Part shown: positions 39,121 through 50,556 of the stretch, one piece after another
Numbering within the stretch: position 1 is the first letter of the stretch
Layout: every line of letters starts with the position of its first letter
From: Magallana gigas
Taxonomy: Eukaryota
DNA: 64,000 nucleotides
Direction: 5' to 3'
Assembly (NCBI RefSeq): GCF_963853765.1
Contig: NC_088857.1
Coordinates: forward strand, 14,508,001-14,572,000
Notes under the pieces: model-generated
Told to the model about the DNA's origin: nothing
Database searches by the model: none
Seen by the model: the letters and a program-made list of their open reading frames with translations, nothing else
Made by a program: the position numbers and the translations under genes

Positions 39121-39251
39121 TATGTACGTACTTGAGAGTACGATTCACAACGTACAAGTAGCTAAGCAAGAGATCCCCATCTCTCCTCTTTCCGTAATTT
39201 AACATTTGCGATTTTTTTTCATCTTAATTGCCTTAATACCTTACTCTAGTA

Positions 39252-39418
39252 TAGCATTGAATGATTTATTTTTGACGTCGTCGTGTCAATAACTGCCGTC
39301 AGGTGAGCAGACAAATCGAATAACGTGCGTTAGCGCGTTATGATAATTTGTCTGCTCACCTGACGGCAGTTTTTGACACGACGACGTCAAAAATAAATCA
39401 TTTAATGCTTATATTTAC
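39252..39418. mobile_element. About 160-bp palindromic element (Crypton-like, inferred)
   Basis: Arms AATGATTTATTTTTGACGTCGTCGTGTCAA...GAGCAGACAAAT and their reverse complement surround AACGTGCGTTAGCGCGTT, followed by TGCTTATATTTAC. Confidence 0.8.
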
Positions 39419-40240
39419 ATTCCCTTACTAAAGAAATCAATTGTTTACTTAAATAAATCGGTATAAAGTGCAGATTACGGAGGGAGTGAATAAGAACAGC
39501 TGTTTATAAAACCGGTTTAAACTGTAAAAATGTCTAAAATCATTAAAGACTCAGTATAAAATTTCATAAACAAAATACCATAAATTGTTGTACGCACAGT
39601 CCTTTATAGATCTAAATAGATTGAGTGGGGGGATAATTAGAAGGAAAACTGTTTGATAGTGATGATGAATGTTAGAAGCGGAATTACGTAAGACACATCC
39701 CATCCTCTGTATCCGTCACGTTCACACAGTTCCGCCTCACGTTCTCGCGCCATTGCGTCAGTGACCTTCACAGAAGCTACGTGATTTGTTATTGTATGGC
39801 GACCCTGTCGGGACACAATTCCATTGCAGCGAGGAATTAAAAGTCGCTTGTTCTGCTTGATTTCTCAGAATATCTACATAGTTATACAATAAATATGAAG
39901 ACTACATATTTAAATTACAATAACCTATGATTGCACGTGGAGTTTGATTCAAGAATAATGTTATTTAAAGCACAGTGTAAAGAATCGAATCTTAAAAATA
40001 TTTTTGCCCCGTTTGACCTACTGCAGGGTACATTGTAATTATAAACAGTGCGATCTCGTCACGTTCCTCTGCTAAGCGCCTTACAACCGGTATATATATA
40101 TTTGCTATGCCTTACACATTGACTGGTATTTTGAATTTGTCTTGGAAGTGTTTACAATCCAACCTTTTTTAATTCAGGGAGAAAAATTCTACCATATATT
40201 TTGAACATTGTTCAGGACAGATGAGAATTTAACTTCAAAT

Positions 40241-41327
40241 ATGATAGGCCTTTTGATTAAAAATCCAGCGCTTCTGACAAGTGTGTTTTCGGCCGTTCTT
40301 CTACAGAATGGGATTCGTATGTCTACATGTGCCTTGAATTCAAAATTCAGTCATGAAACTGGTACAGTTATTTCTCGAAGCCCACCCGGATTGAACTCGG
40401 GGCTGAAGCTTTGGTGGGCAAAGCAAGTCACCCCTGAATATTACGTGGCGGGAAGACTGAGCAGACGACAGTTACAATACGCGGCCGAAGGAGGCTTTAA
40501 AAGTGTTGTTTCTTTATTTACATACGAGAACGACAAAGACTGCTGTTTTGGGATGGACTATTTACCCGCAACATCCAAAATGGCTACGATTGCCAAAGAC
40601 TCTGGACTTCAGTTTAGAACCGTGATGGATTCGGCGGGGACCTTGACATCTTCCGCCGATTCCGTTTCACAACTAAAACAGGCACTGAACAATATCCCCA
40701 CTCCCGTACTTGTGCTTTCAGACCGGGGCTACAGTGCAACATTTACTTTGTTTATGTATTTATTAAATTATGACAAGAATTTTACGATGGACAGAGCTGC
40801 TGCTATAAGTCATGTGTTGGGAATGGACTTGAGTATGAAATGTATCAATCAGAAACTGTGTAAGGTAACCGGAGAAAATGTCGAGTTTTCTAAGTTAGAT
40901 AAATTACCAAAGCAGTGGCTGAATTACTGGCATGCTATACCCGTATATAAGAATTGGTTTGTGGCAGGGCAAATTTTGGAATCACATATTCCTCGCATCA
41001 TGCAAGCTGGGTTCAAATCCGTTGTGAACCTTCGAGCTGGTACAACCCACAAGGGGAAACCAGCACAAGAAAAAGTTACACTGATGAATATTGCGGACAA
41101 TTCTAAGACCTATGGTGATGAGAATTTAGGTCCCAGACAGAGTATAGACGCGTTAAAACAAAAGATTCTTGATCCCCTTAAAGAGAACTCATATGTATCC
41201 CCGAATTCATCACACAATTTCGCCACGTCCAATCCAGAAGAATTCGGAGATCTCATTGGTTATAACGAAGATCTTGAAAAACTCGCCTTTCGTAAAGCAG
41301 GGTTCCCTTATTATCACTTACCAGTTG
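40241..41327 (+). CDS. Tandem DUF442/BLH phosphatase-like (rhodanese-type) domain protein, exon 1
   Basis: Two repeats: YYVAGRL...AEGGFKSVVSL...GLQF...PVLVLSDRGYSA and WFVAGQI...QAGFKSVVNLR...AGFPYYHLPV, matching the DUF442 pattern sGQi...GfktiINlR...Gl.Y.hiPv...PVlxyCxSGxR. Donor G|GTAGGT. ATG 40241 is the first in-frame ATG. Confidence 0.85.
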
Positions 41328-41395
41328 GTAGGTATTAAAATCCAATACACATTATGGGAGAAATGAAGTGAAATCTGTTATATATTCAAGCGTTG

Positions 41396-41427
<32 letters not shown>

Positions 41428-41495
41428 CCGTAAAATTGAATGTAACTTTGTGATAATTATGACCAAATTTTTAACTATAGATTTTTCTCTTGCAG

Positions 41496-41606
41496 TCAAC
41501 AGTGAACCATTTTCAGCTGAACTATTTGCTCTCTATCAGCCAGAATTAATGGACGCCATCAATCGAGGACCAGTTCTTGTACACTGCGCCAGCTCCAAAC
41601 GAGCAG
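41496..41606 (+). CDS. Tandem DUF442 protein, exon 2 (active-site loop)
   Basis: Acceptor TTGCAG|, donor G|GTAGGT, phase 1-1. Encodes ...INRGPVLVHCASSKRA (Cx4R). Confidence 0.88.
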
Positions 41607-41868
41607 GTAGGTTGGGATTTCATTCCTTTTAAAGGGAATTTAATCGGCTGTAATCTCGTCAATTTAGCGAAAATTATGAAAATGAAGATGTATTTTATAT
41701 GTTATTTGTAACACTATTGATTGTCAATTAATATACTTTTTTAGACGGAATACTATAGTAGTATTCATTGAATAAAGCACTTTTATTATATTTAAAGAAT
41801 TATTTGTAAAGTTCAAAATGTAGAAAGTATATTTATACAGGTCAAAGATTTTCGCTGTGAATTCAACT

Positions 41869-42072
41869 CAGGCACGTAGCATCGTTTTTGAAAGTGGGAG
41901 GGGGGGGGGGCAGACTCATCCAAAAATTCTTGACAAGTAAAAAAAAATAAAGAAAAAGGAAAATTGCAAATTTTCTAAAAAACGTGAAAATCCTAATCAA
42001 GGGTGAAGGGGGATGGGGGGGGGGGGAGAGATCGAAAAAGTGTGTATGGGAGGGGGTGATGCTACGTGCCTG
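41869..42072. mobile_element. MITE with CAGGCACGTAGCATC termini (hAT-like ends), copy 1, intronic
   Basis: TIR CAGGCACGTAGCATC / GATGCTACGTGCCTG with subterminal poly-G tracts. A related copy lies at 45264-45538. No clean 8-bp TSD. Confidence 0.75.
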
Positions 42073-42147
42073 CAACTAAAATTGATCTTATAAATCAGTA
42101 CATAATATTTTTCAAGCATCCTCATTAATTGTACCATTGTTTTGCAG

Positions 42148-42362
42148 CATACATCGCTGTTTTGGCCGCCGCGGTACAACACAATCACGACCTATCCTGG
42201 GCACTGACCAAATTATCTGACCTAGGACTGCCCGTAGGTCCCGACAGAAAGGCGGATATATACGACATGTATGTAGGGATACTATCCGGAGATCGGAAGG
42301 GAAAGAACCGTAACTCCAACAATGCATGCAAGGAATCCTGTGTCAAATTTAACGGAAACTGA
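42148..42362 (+). CDS. Tandem DUF442 protein, exon 3 (terminal)
   Basis: Acceptor TTTTGCAG|. Encodes AYIAVLAAAVQHNHDLSWALTKLSDLGLPV...*. The spliced total is 1413 nt, or 470 aa. AATAAA near 42816. Confidence 0.85.
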
Positions 42363-43617
42363 TGGAGAGGATTTGAATTATTTTTACACCTGATATAGAA
42401 TCTCATTATATTAGTACTGTGCAACTAGTCATTGGAATTTTTCCAAGTAAAATGACATGATTCATTCATTTTTAAGGATTTTTTGGGCATTATGATTTCT
42501 CCGAGGTTTAGGGGGTGGGGCGCGTTGAAGGGTTTTGTTGGCGTGGAGGGAAAGGAGAGGTCGTCGAATAAATCAATTATAACCTCGAAGAAATGTTTGT
42601 GTAGCTCCAATAGAATTTATGTAATGCTTTATTGCTTTATGATTTACTCGTGTATAAATGATTTTGTAGTTTTTTAATGTTCCATTTTTGATACTTGTCA
42701 AATGCAAGTTGAGATCTCAAAGGAAAATATACTTTACCTCGGTGTTTTGTAAATTATGTTTACTTTTTTTTCTACAGAGTTGTGGCTCCTATGTTCAATA
42801 TCAATTTATTTTTTCAATAAAAGAAATCAGTTTTATCTTTTTTTTATGTTTGTTATAAATGTAGTCTTTCATGCACTATTTAAGATTGTTTAGATGAGGA
42901 AAAGGTTAAGAAGGTTTTCATGTACACATTTTTTTAAAGGTAACCAATTTGATTACTTCTGCTAATAATAACATTTTATAACAATTTTAGTGCTGACATT
43001 CCATCACTTTATAAAAGAATTTTTAAAAATCAAAGGACTCCAAGTCATGCAAAACAAAGATTTAATCTAAACTACAACATAAAAAACACATATACACATC
43101 TTGATAGATTCTTTGATTTGTCAACAGCAACTGGGAAATCGCTGAAAAAAATGGAGACATTAGTTTTGAAATTATCAAGAAGCAAGTCTTTTGTGTATTT
43201 CTTATTTTTTTTCTTTCTTATAGATTTGATTTATTAAAGATCAATACATGTATTTTAAACTGGGAATACATGTATTTCCCTAAATACAATTTGTTGATTC
43301 AGTAAAATTTTGTTTCACATAGCTGTTTAAATACGTGGCCTGTAACAAGCAGTCTAAAATGTCTTTATCATTTTATGATAAAGTTAGATTTACACCCCTT
43401 TAGGACAGATCTAAGTTATAACAAAAGGCGCATTTGGTTATAGTACTTTATCCCTAAAACCAATCTAAACTCTCAATCCCTTAAATTAATGGAAAGTGGA
43501 ACATATATGATCTGACTTAAAATAACCCATGCACATGTTAACTATATATTTCCAATAGTACTAAATTATTCTAAAAAGCACATGTAGAACATAATCTATT
43601 CACGACTGACCGGCGAT

Positions 43618-43841
43618 CTAGGAGATGACTATTTGATAGGCCGCCATGCACCAGGCGCAGCAGTTCTGGTTGTAGTAGTTGGTCATACAGCGAGACAACC
43701 AGTGACCAGTTGTGTGTGAGTCACAGTCAGTCACACGATTCTCGCATTCCTGGCGACGATCGAAGCTCTTGGCAGCGCTGATAAGTTCATGGATCTTGTT
43801 GCGGAGCATGTCGTATTGTCTACGTTCCTTCTCATCCAGAT
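43618..43841 (-). CDS. Secreted 6-Cys PLAC/ShK-like peptide precursor, exon 2
   Basis: Acceptor CTATCAG|. Encodes DLDEKERRQYDMLRNKIHELISAAKSFDRRQECENRVTDCDSHTTGHWLSRCMTNYYNQNCCAWCMAAYQIVIS*, with pattern C-x6-C-x11-C-x8-CC-x2-C. Confidence 0.8.
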
Positions 43842-44303
43842 CTGATAGTATTGGAAACGTTTGTTTGTGATTGAACATTTTTATTATGATTTATTCATTT
43901 GAAAATATATTTTGGTCATTTGAGGAAGTTCCTCTGATATGATGATATCATAATATTCACAGTCCCGCACCCATTGAACAGTGGTTAGAACTAATTGTGT
44001 CAGCAACAACTTACTTAATTTAGATTACTTTACGTCATATAGTTCCAAAAAGGAAGTATCTTATCTTTCAAAAATTTTCAATTATTTATTTCTTTTTTTA
44101 TGGGTGTTTGCCCAAAAGATGGCTTCAGAAAATTTTGCATGTCAATTATCTAGCAGTAGATCTAATTTAGCGGTCAGTGAAGAAGTTTTAGGAGCTGTCA
44201 ATATATATACCTGCCCGGGGATCGAATTCCGGGCAAGTAATTAAATACATAAGCTTATATAAAATAAAAATCACTAAATGGATGACAAAACAAATATTAT
44301 TAC

Positions 44304-44379
44304 CTTCTGCAGACGACGAGACGTCATAAAACTGAAGCACCAGACAGAAGGCCATGATAAACATCGAAACTTTCTCCAT
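44304..44379 (-). CDS. Secreted 6-Cys peptide precursor, exon 1 (signal peptide)
   Basis: MEKVSMFIMAFCLVLQFYDVSSSAE plus G, donor G|GTAATA. 76+224 nt gives 99 aa in frame. TATATTAA at 44439-44446 upstream. Confidence 0.8.
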
Positions 44380-45263
44380 CTCGACACTCCTCTCTTGTTC
44401 CGGTCAATTCGCGGTATAACCGGGACGTGAAAACGCTGTTAATATATCGTGAGAATTTATGGTCAATTTATTCTATATTTTACCCGGGGAATTTTTTATT
44501 CTAATTTGAAGATATTTTTCTATACCACCTTGGTTTATAAGTGGCCTCATTGGGATCGGACAGTACCTTATCAAGTACCCCCATCTTATAATAATAATGT
44601 ACCCTGTAGCGGTAATAGTGGTAATAAAGGTCCAACGCACTCGGAAATTTTCTTTTTTCAAACTAGTAAACACTGTCAGAGTTTTACAGATACACTGTAT
44701 ATTTTTGGAGGAGTAGGTTAAAGAAATCTACATGATTTGATGGGTTGGTGGGGGGTTGAATTTATACTTTAAAATTCATAGATACATAAAGTGTAATTAT
44801 AAATCTATATCAGATTTAAACTCGTGAACTTCGGTTTAGCAGTTTAGTTCTAAGCGATGTTATATTACGTCTTACATTGACATCGTCGCTCTAAATTCAG
44901 ATTAAAATTTGAGAATTATTTGCTTCTCATTATTGATAATATTCTCAGCAACATGAAGGAATGTAAAAACTGTTTGTCAAATACATCTCAAGAAGAAAAC
45001 AAACACCTAAAAATATCAGACATTATTCATTTATCTCATCAATGCCACTTTTATAGTATTAGTATTCATCATATGTTTGTACAGACCACGTTATACGATC
45101 GTACATATATGGTTTTGTATCTTTTAATTTCAGTAGAAAAACAATAAAAAGATTGATTTATAGATTGCAACTCATTTTCAACTCGAAAATTACTTCATTA
45201 ATTATGAAAACCAACGTCTTTTACAGAAAAATAGGTCGATTTTCAATATACACCGGTACTTCT

Positions 45264-45538
45264 CAGGCACGTAGCATCGGGAGGGGGGGGGGGCAGGGGG
45301 GGGGCTGCCCCCCCCCCCCACTTTTTCTCGCAGCAACCAATTTTTTAAAATTTACATATAAAAAATTGAATTATCATGGAGTCCCCCCCCCCCTTTTTTT
45401 GGGAGTATGTAAAAAACGATATGAAAATAAGGAAATAAGGAGTGAAATTGAAGTTATATTTTTTGCTTGTCAAGATTTTTTTGGATGAGTCTGCCCCCCC
45501 CCCCCCCCCCCACTTTCAAAAACGATGCTACGTGCCTG
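45264..45538. mobile_element. MITE with CAGGCACGTAGCATC termini, copy 2 (opposite orientation)
   Basis: Same TIRs and same subterminal block (TTTTTGAAAGTGGG...GCAGACTCATCCAAAAA) as 41869-42072, reverse-complemented. Confidence 0.75.
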
Positions 45539-45560
45539 CCTCTTACTGAAAGTGGTGAAA

Positions 45561-45879
45561 TAAGGAATAATTCTTTGAGAATTATGAAGATGATAATTTT
45601 GGTCGGGGCGTGATCAAATCCAATAAAGCCCGAAGGGCTTCATGATAGATTTGATCATGCCCCGACCGAAATTACCACCTCATAATATTTAAAGAATGAT
45701 TCCTTATTACTTATATTTATATAACTTTCAGCCATCCTACGATTAAATATTTAAATATAGATAAGCAAACCCCGCTGGCGCCTCAATTTGGCGTCATTTG
45801 TATTATGGGTTATATAGTACAAAATCGATACATACATGTAGTGTTATCACAGGCAAAGACACTGGAAAATGTAAATATA
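45561..45879 (+). mobile_element. Non-autonomous palindromic element, copy 2
   Basis: Near-identical to 11954-12261, including the GCCCGAAGGGC centre and the tail GCAAACCCCGCTGGCGCCTCAATTTGGCGTC. Confidence 0.8.
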
Positions 45880-46280
45880 TAAAAAATAATGGTTCTAGAA
45901 AGTGTACGTGTGGTTAACGTTTACCTGAGGATGATCATTTGCATACCAAGCTAGATACATGTACTTATTCACTCTTTAACAGATGTTCAACACTAAAAAT
46001 GGGTTGCATTCTTCGTCGGCGGTTCATTAATTAGGTTAACTAACCTTGATAACCTTACGTATTCTCTTTATTTGTTCGTTGATTCATGTCTCATATAAGT
46101 ATCTAGTCAAAACTTTTCTTTTTTCAAGTGTTGATCGAACTAGTTCTTTTTTTATCATATTGCGTCGTACATGTACGTATATACATATATTTCATGATGT
46201 CATGACAAGGTGGGTTTTTCATTAGTTATTTTAAAGTGTTCTACCCGATGTCAATTTTGCATTGTGCGTGCATTTTTCTT

Positions 46281-47277
46281 TAGAACCATTTTAACAAGAC
46301 CTTGGACTTTCAGAAGGATGTAACCATCTTTTTCCTACGTCAAAACAAGTTAAAATGACGCCGGTTTCAGGTGGAATATATATTGGCATATCTCTGCCCC
46401 TTGTGTGCAAGTTATTTTTCTATCAAATATGTCGACACGCAAGCTAAATATGTTGACATGCAAGATAATTATGTCAACATGCAACATAACTATGTTGACA
46501 TGCAAGAAAATTGCAACCAGACAAGAATTATACAAAATCTCAAAAAATCTCAAATATCGCCCACCTGTGACATCCAAGATGCTAGATGCTACCTTTTTAT
46601 GTCGACATACAACTTATTTATGTTAACATGCAAGATAAATATGCTTACATGCAACTTATTTATGTCAACATGCAACTTATTTATGTCGACATGCAACTTA
46701 TTTATGTCAACATGCAACTTACTAATGTTGACATGCGAGATAAATATGTTGACATGCAACTTATAAGTTGTATGTCAACATAAATAAGTTGCATGTCGAC
46801 ATAGATATGTTGCATGTCGACATAGATATGTTGCATGTTAAAATAACTAAGTTGCATGTCGACATAAATAAGTTGCATGTCAACATAAAGAAGTTGCATT
46901 TTAAGATAAACAAGTTGCATGTTGACATCAATAGGTAGCGTATCTAGCATCTTGGATGTCACATGTTGGCGATATTTGAGAATTTTTATAACTCTTATTT
47001 GATTGCAGTTTTCTTGCATGTCAACATAGTTATGTTGCATGTTGACATAACTATTTTGCATGTCAACATCTTTATCTTGCTTGTCGACATAATTAATAGA
47101 AAAATAACTTGCACACAAGGGGCAGAGATATGCCACCATAGAAATATACACAGATTGCGTAGTCTTAGCTTTCAAAGGGCCATGACTGAGTGGCCAGCAT
47201 TGAAATAGACAGGCATACGTCACATTGCTGTTTGACACAACTACCCAAAGTCCAAGCTCCTGTTAAAATGGTTCTGA
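46281..47277. mobile_element. Composite: about 250-bp TIR element interrupted by a 760-bp foldback element (46381-47140) carrying internal GTTGACATGCAA repeats
   Basis: Outer TIRs AGAACCATTTTAACAAGACCTTGGACTTT / AAAGTCCAAGCTCCTGTTAAAATGGTTCT. Inner long TIRs begin TGGCATATCTCTGCCCCTTGTGTGCAAG. An uninterrupted outer element lies at 57056-57303. Confidence 0.85.
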
Positions 47278-47720
47278 AATAATAAGATGTCCAAATGACG
47301 TTGATACAACGCAAAGTTTGGAAAAATCAGAAGCATGTTGTTCGATGGTTAACATTTGATATCATTTTTTTTTCATTCAAAACGTTCGCCAGAATTAGAC
47401 TTTGGAATGACGTATATGGCGAAGGCTTAAACAGGCCTAGTTTGCAATTGGTTAAAATCCAGAAATCTAACGGCATCGACATCAAATTTTGAACTGTTAT
47501 TACGGACATGAATATTTCTGCAAACTTCAACCAAACGTCTTGAAAATAATTATGATTTTCGCAATAATATCCAATTTTGAGTATCACTTCATAAAAGTTA
47601 TCAGAATGGAATGCACAACACACATTAATTCCACATCCATCCGCCTTCTACACAATTGATGAACAAACGCAGTAAGTATTCTGGCCAGAAAACCTCCCAT
47701 AATGAAGCCCCGGTGGCGCA

Positions 47721-47930
47721 CTAGGACGTGTCATTCGATGGTCCATGGTTGAAGGAACCCAAGTATAGATTTGTTTGTGGCGTCTCGTCTTGCTGCGACA
47801 CTACCACAATCACCACAATTAGCACCACAATGCCAACCGCAACAGCAACCGCTACAAGGATGCGGGTCCTCCACAGCCTCATGTTTTGCTTCTGTCTAAC
47901 TTTATTAGTGACCACCTTAAACTGTTGACA
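47721..47930 (-). CDS. VAMP/synaptobrevin-family R-SNARE, terminal exon (SNARE end, TM helix, luminal tail)
   Basis: Acceptor TTTTCTTCTCAG|. Encodes CQQFKVVTNKVRQKQNMRLWRTR-ILVAVAVAVGIVVLIVVIVVV-SQQDETPQTNLYLGSFNHGPSNDTS*. Confidence 0.85.
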   Translation of the reverse strand, partial: CQQFKVVTNKVRQKQNMRLWRTRILVAVAVAVGIVVLIVVIVVVSQQDETPQTNLYLGSFNHGPSNDTS

Positions 47931-48679
47931 CTGAGAAGAAAAGATTAATTGTGTGGTAATTATACTAGTAATTTCTGCAAGAGCATTGTTGCAGATAAAA
48001 AATCATACTATGTAGACAAGTTTGCTGTATAAGTACCGATCCAATTGTAATTGCAAAAAATAACACGTTAAACTAATTTTATCTCCACTCTCCCCGAAAA
48101 GCTTGTCATTTTCTTCTATAAAACGGAAGATTGGTTATTTTCATTCTTATTTTTTTTTAGTATGGGGGTGGTCACTTAAAAAAAGAAATGAAAATTTCCA
48201 TTGAAAATCTGAAGAACACAGTCAATCACTACGTGTTACTACAACAGGTGACCTGTCTACTGCTGCGAATATGGGATGAATGTGATGAACTAGTGAGGTT
48301 TATACCGATGGGCCATCTGACATTTCTTTTAAAATAAAATAGCTTAGAGCCATCTATATGATAGAGCTATTGGTTTAGGGCAATGTGTTATGGTAATGCA
48401 TTAGTTAGATTTCAAACACAAAAATATTTCTTTCAAAAAAATAAAACGACTTAGAAAGATTGTTGCGGTGTTGCAAGCTCAATGCATTGCTCTCTGACAA
48501 TAGTACACAAAAGAATATATTCTCGAATTTTTTTATGCATTATATAATTGAGCTAGCAGAGAAATTGTAATGTTCAATAATAGTTCATTTCAATAACTAA
48601 ATGTCTAAATAACTTTCAAAGTAAAGGTATTTCAACTTATTTAAACTTTTACTTCTATCTTTGCATATGCACAGCTTAC

Positions 48680-48928
48680 CGAACCAGTTAACATGTCTCC
48701 TTTTTCAACTAGATCGTCCAGTTTCCCGTTTCTGTCGCGAAGTTTCACAATATTTAAATGCATTACTTCTTTAACTTCCTCAAGCTGTTCACGCAGGATA
48801 TCGTCCACACTTTTTGTTTTCCGGATACTATTTATCCGCACAAATTCTTTCAGTTCTCTACTTTCTGGCTCCGTACTTCGCAGGTCTTCCAAACTTCGAC
48901 ATCGCTTCTCCTCCGAGAGAAGGCATGT
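48680..48928 (-). CDS. VAMP/synaptobrevin-family R-SNARE, SNARE-motif exon
   Basis: Acceptor GCAACAG|, donor TCG|GTAAGC, phase 0-0. LREQLEEVKEVMHLNIVKLRDRNGKLDDLVEKGDML aligns with VAMP q.qv.eV..iM..Nv.kvleR..kL..L.d...L, including the zero-layer Arg. Confidence 0.88.
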
Positions 48929-49489
48929 CTGTTGCAATACAGGAAAAATATTCAAGATTGGCCATAGCAATAATTTAAAATATTTCAGGATTCACAATAG
49001 TTGAACTTAAAACATATCACTCTTTGTCGAAACTAAATACTCTTATCATCTCTTATCATTTTTACTTTAAAATGATGAATCTTATTCATAGTTGAAAAGT
49101 GAAGATTTCAATAACCTTCATGTATTTTCTTACATATTTATTTTCCCTGTCCCATATTAAAAACACATTGCAGTATTTGTAAGAGCCTCTTTAAAGTTAC
49201 TTAAAAACTTATTGTTCCAGGCGATAATTCAATAACCCCTTTCTTGGTCCGTGGAAAGAGAGGGGGGGTCCATAATCATTTATTAAACAGAAAGTCCAAA
49301 GAGATGGTTCTCATAGACAAAATGCCTTTAATAACAGATTTTAATAATGCATAAAACTTTTCTCTCCAACTTGATAGGGGGTCTCACCGTCTGTTATTGC
49401 AACAGGGATGGGGCACAACGCTGGTCCTGGAGCATAAGTGTAAACTTTTCACCATATCTGTATCATTTTGTAAAAATTAATATACTCCC

Positions 49490-49593
49490 TAGCTGAAGAA
49501 CTGTAGCTCCACTCGGGAAGTTAAGTTGACGGACCGTGGAGCTTCTAAGGTCCGTCAACCTAAATTTCCCGTTGAGCTATAGTTCTCGAGCTA
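49490..49593. repeat. Imperfect palindrome of about 100 bp (intronic)
   Basis: GTTGACGGACC / GGTCCGTCAAC core arms, with outer arms CGGGAA/TTCCCG and AGAACTGTAGCTC/GAGCTATAGTTCT. Confidence 0.7.
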
Positions 49594-49842
49594 GATACTT
49601 CCCACATCCCCCTCTACATTTAGATATATATGAAGAAATATCGTTGAATCTAAACTTTTTCAAAGTTCAAACGGCGACCTGTATCATCATTACAATTTGA
49701 AGAAGAAATTGAAATATTGCTCTGCGATTCATTTAAAAATGTGAACAATTTTTCTTTTTTTTTTGGTGGGGTTTGAGGTCATTTTGCATAATGTAGTTTT
49801 ATTTCTCCCTAGTAGCATCATGAGTATGTCTTTCTAGTGTAC

Positions 49843-49902
49843 CTCAAGTTCCTCTGGATTTTCAGGATCGGCATCCAAATCGTCATGTCTTTTTTTAACA
49901 CC
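49843..49902 (-). CDS. Candidate upstream exon of the R-SNARE gene
   Basis: Polypyrimidine TTTTAG|GGTGTT...GAG|GTACAC, 60 nt, phase 0-0 (GVKKRHDDLDADPENPEELE), in frame with 48928. Confidence 0.45.
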
Positions 49903-50485
49903 CTAAAAGAAAAAAGAAGAAAAAAGGAAGTTTTCTAAAATTATACCCAAGGATTATCTTTTGAACTCTAAAAGATATGTATCAAAATTAATATCGTCCA
50001 TCCTTTTAGTACTGCTATCTATGGGTCGTCTCAAAGTTTGGAATTTTCTCTCCATATCTATTATTCTCTTAAACCCTTCAAGATATTTCCGGGTCAATAT
50101 ATAATGCGCAACATTATCTTTGAAAAAGAGGAAGGTGAAAGAATTCGTTGGCCCTCATTTGGGAATATTTAAGGGGAAAATATGTCGCTATTTACAACTG
50201 CCCTGAAGACTGAAGTGGGAGTGGGATAGATATAAATCTAGCGTGTTTTCATATATATATATGAGCCAATGCAATACCAATAAAAGCAAAATACATATAT
50301 ACGTCATATATTTGTCACATATCTATAAAAGTTAAAACTACATGTACTGAACATAGATGCATATTTCTTTGCTTTTACTTTTAAGTATCAACAAGTACGA
50401 CAAATGACGATTTTAATCCTTAAAAAAATTCACCACTCAGATGATAGATCAGTTCTTATCCTAAAGGTATCATTAGAAAATAAAA

Positions 50486-50488
<3 letters not shown>

Positions 50489-50554
<66 letters not shown>
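50489..50554. repeat. (GA)n microsatellite
   Basis: Direct reading. Confidence 0.95.

Positions 50555-50556
<2 letters not shown>

Noticed and set aside
46350-47238. Cluster of overlapping repetitive ORFs (65-178 aa)
   Set aside because: They are products of the internal tandem repeats of the fold-back transposon on both strands.
49387-49458. Exon-like segment with good splice sites inside the R-SNARE gene
   Set aside because: It has a stop in phase 0 and its open phase is incompatible with the flanking phase-0 exons.
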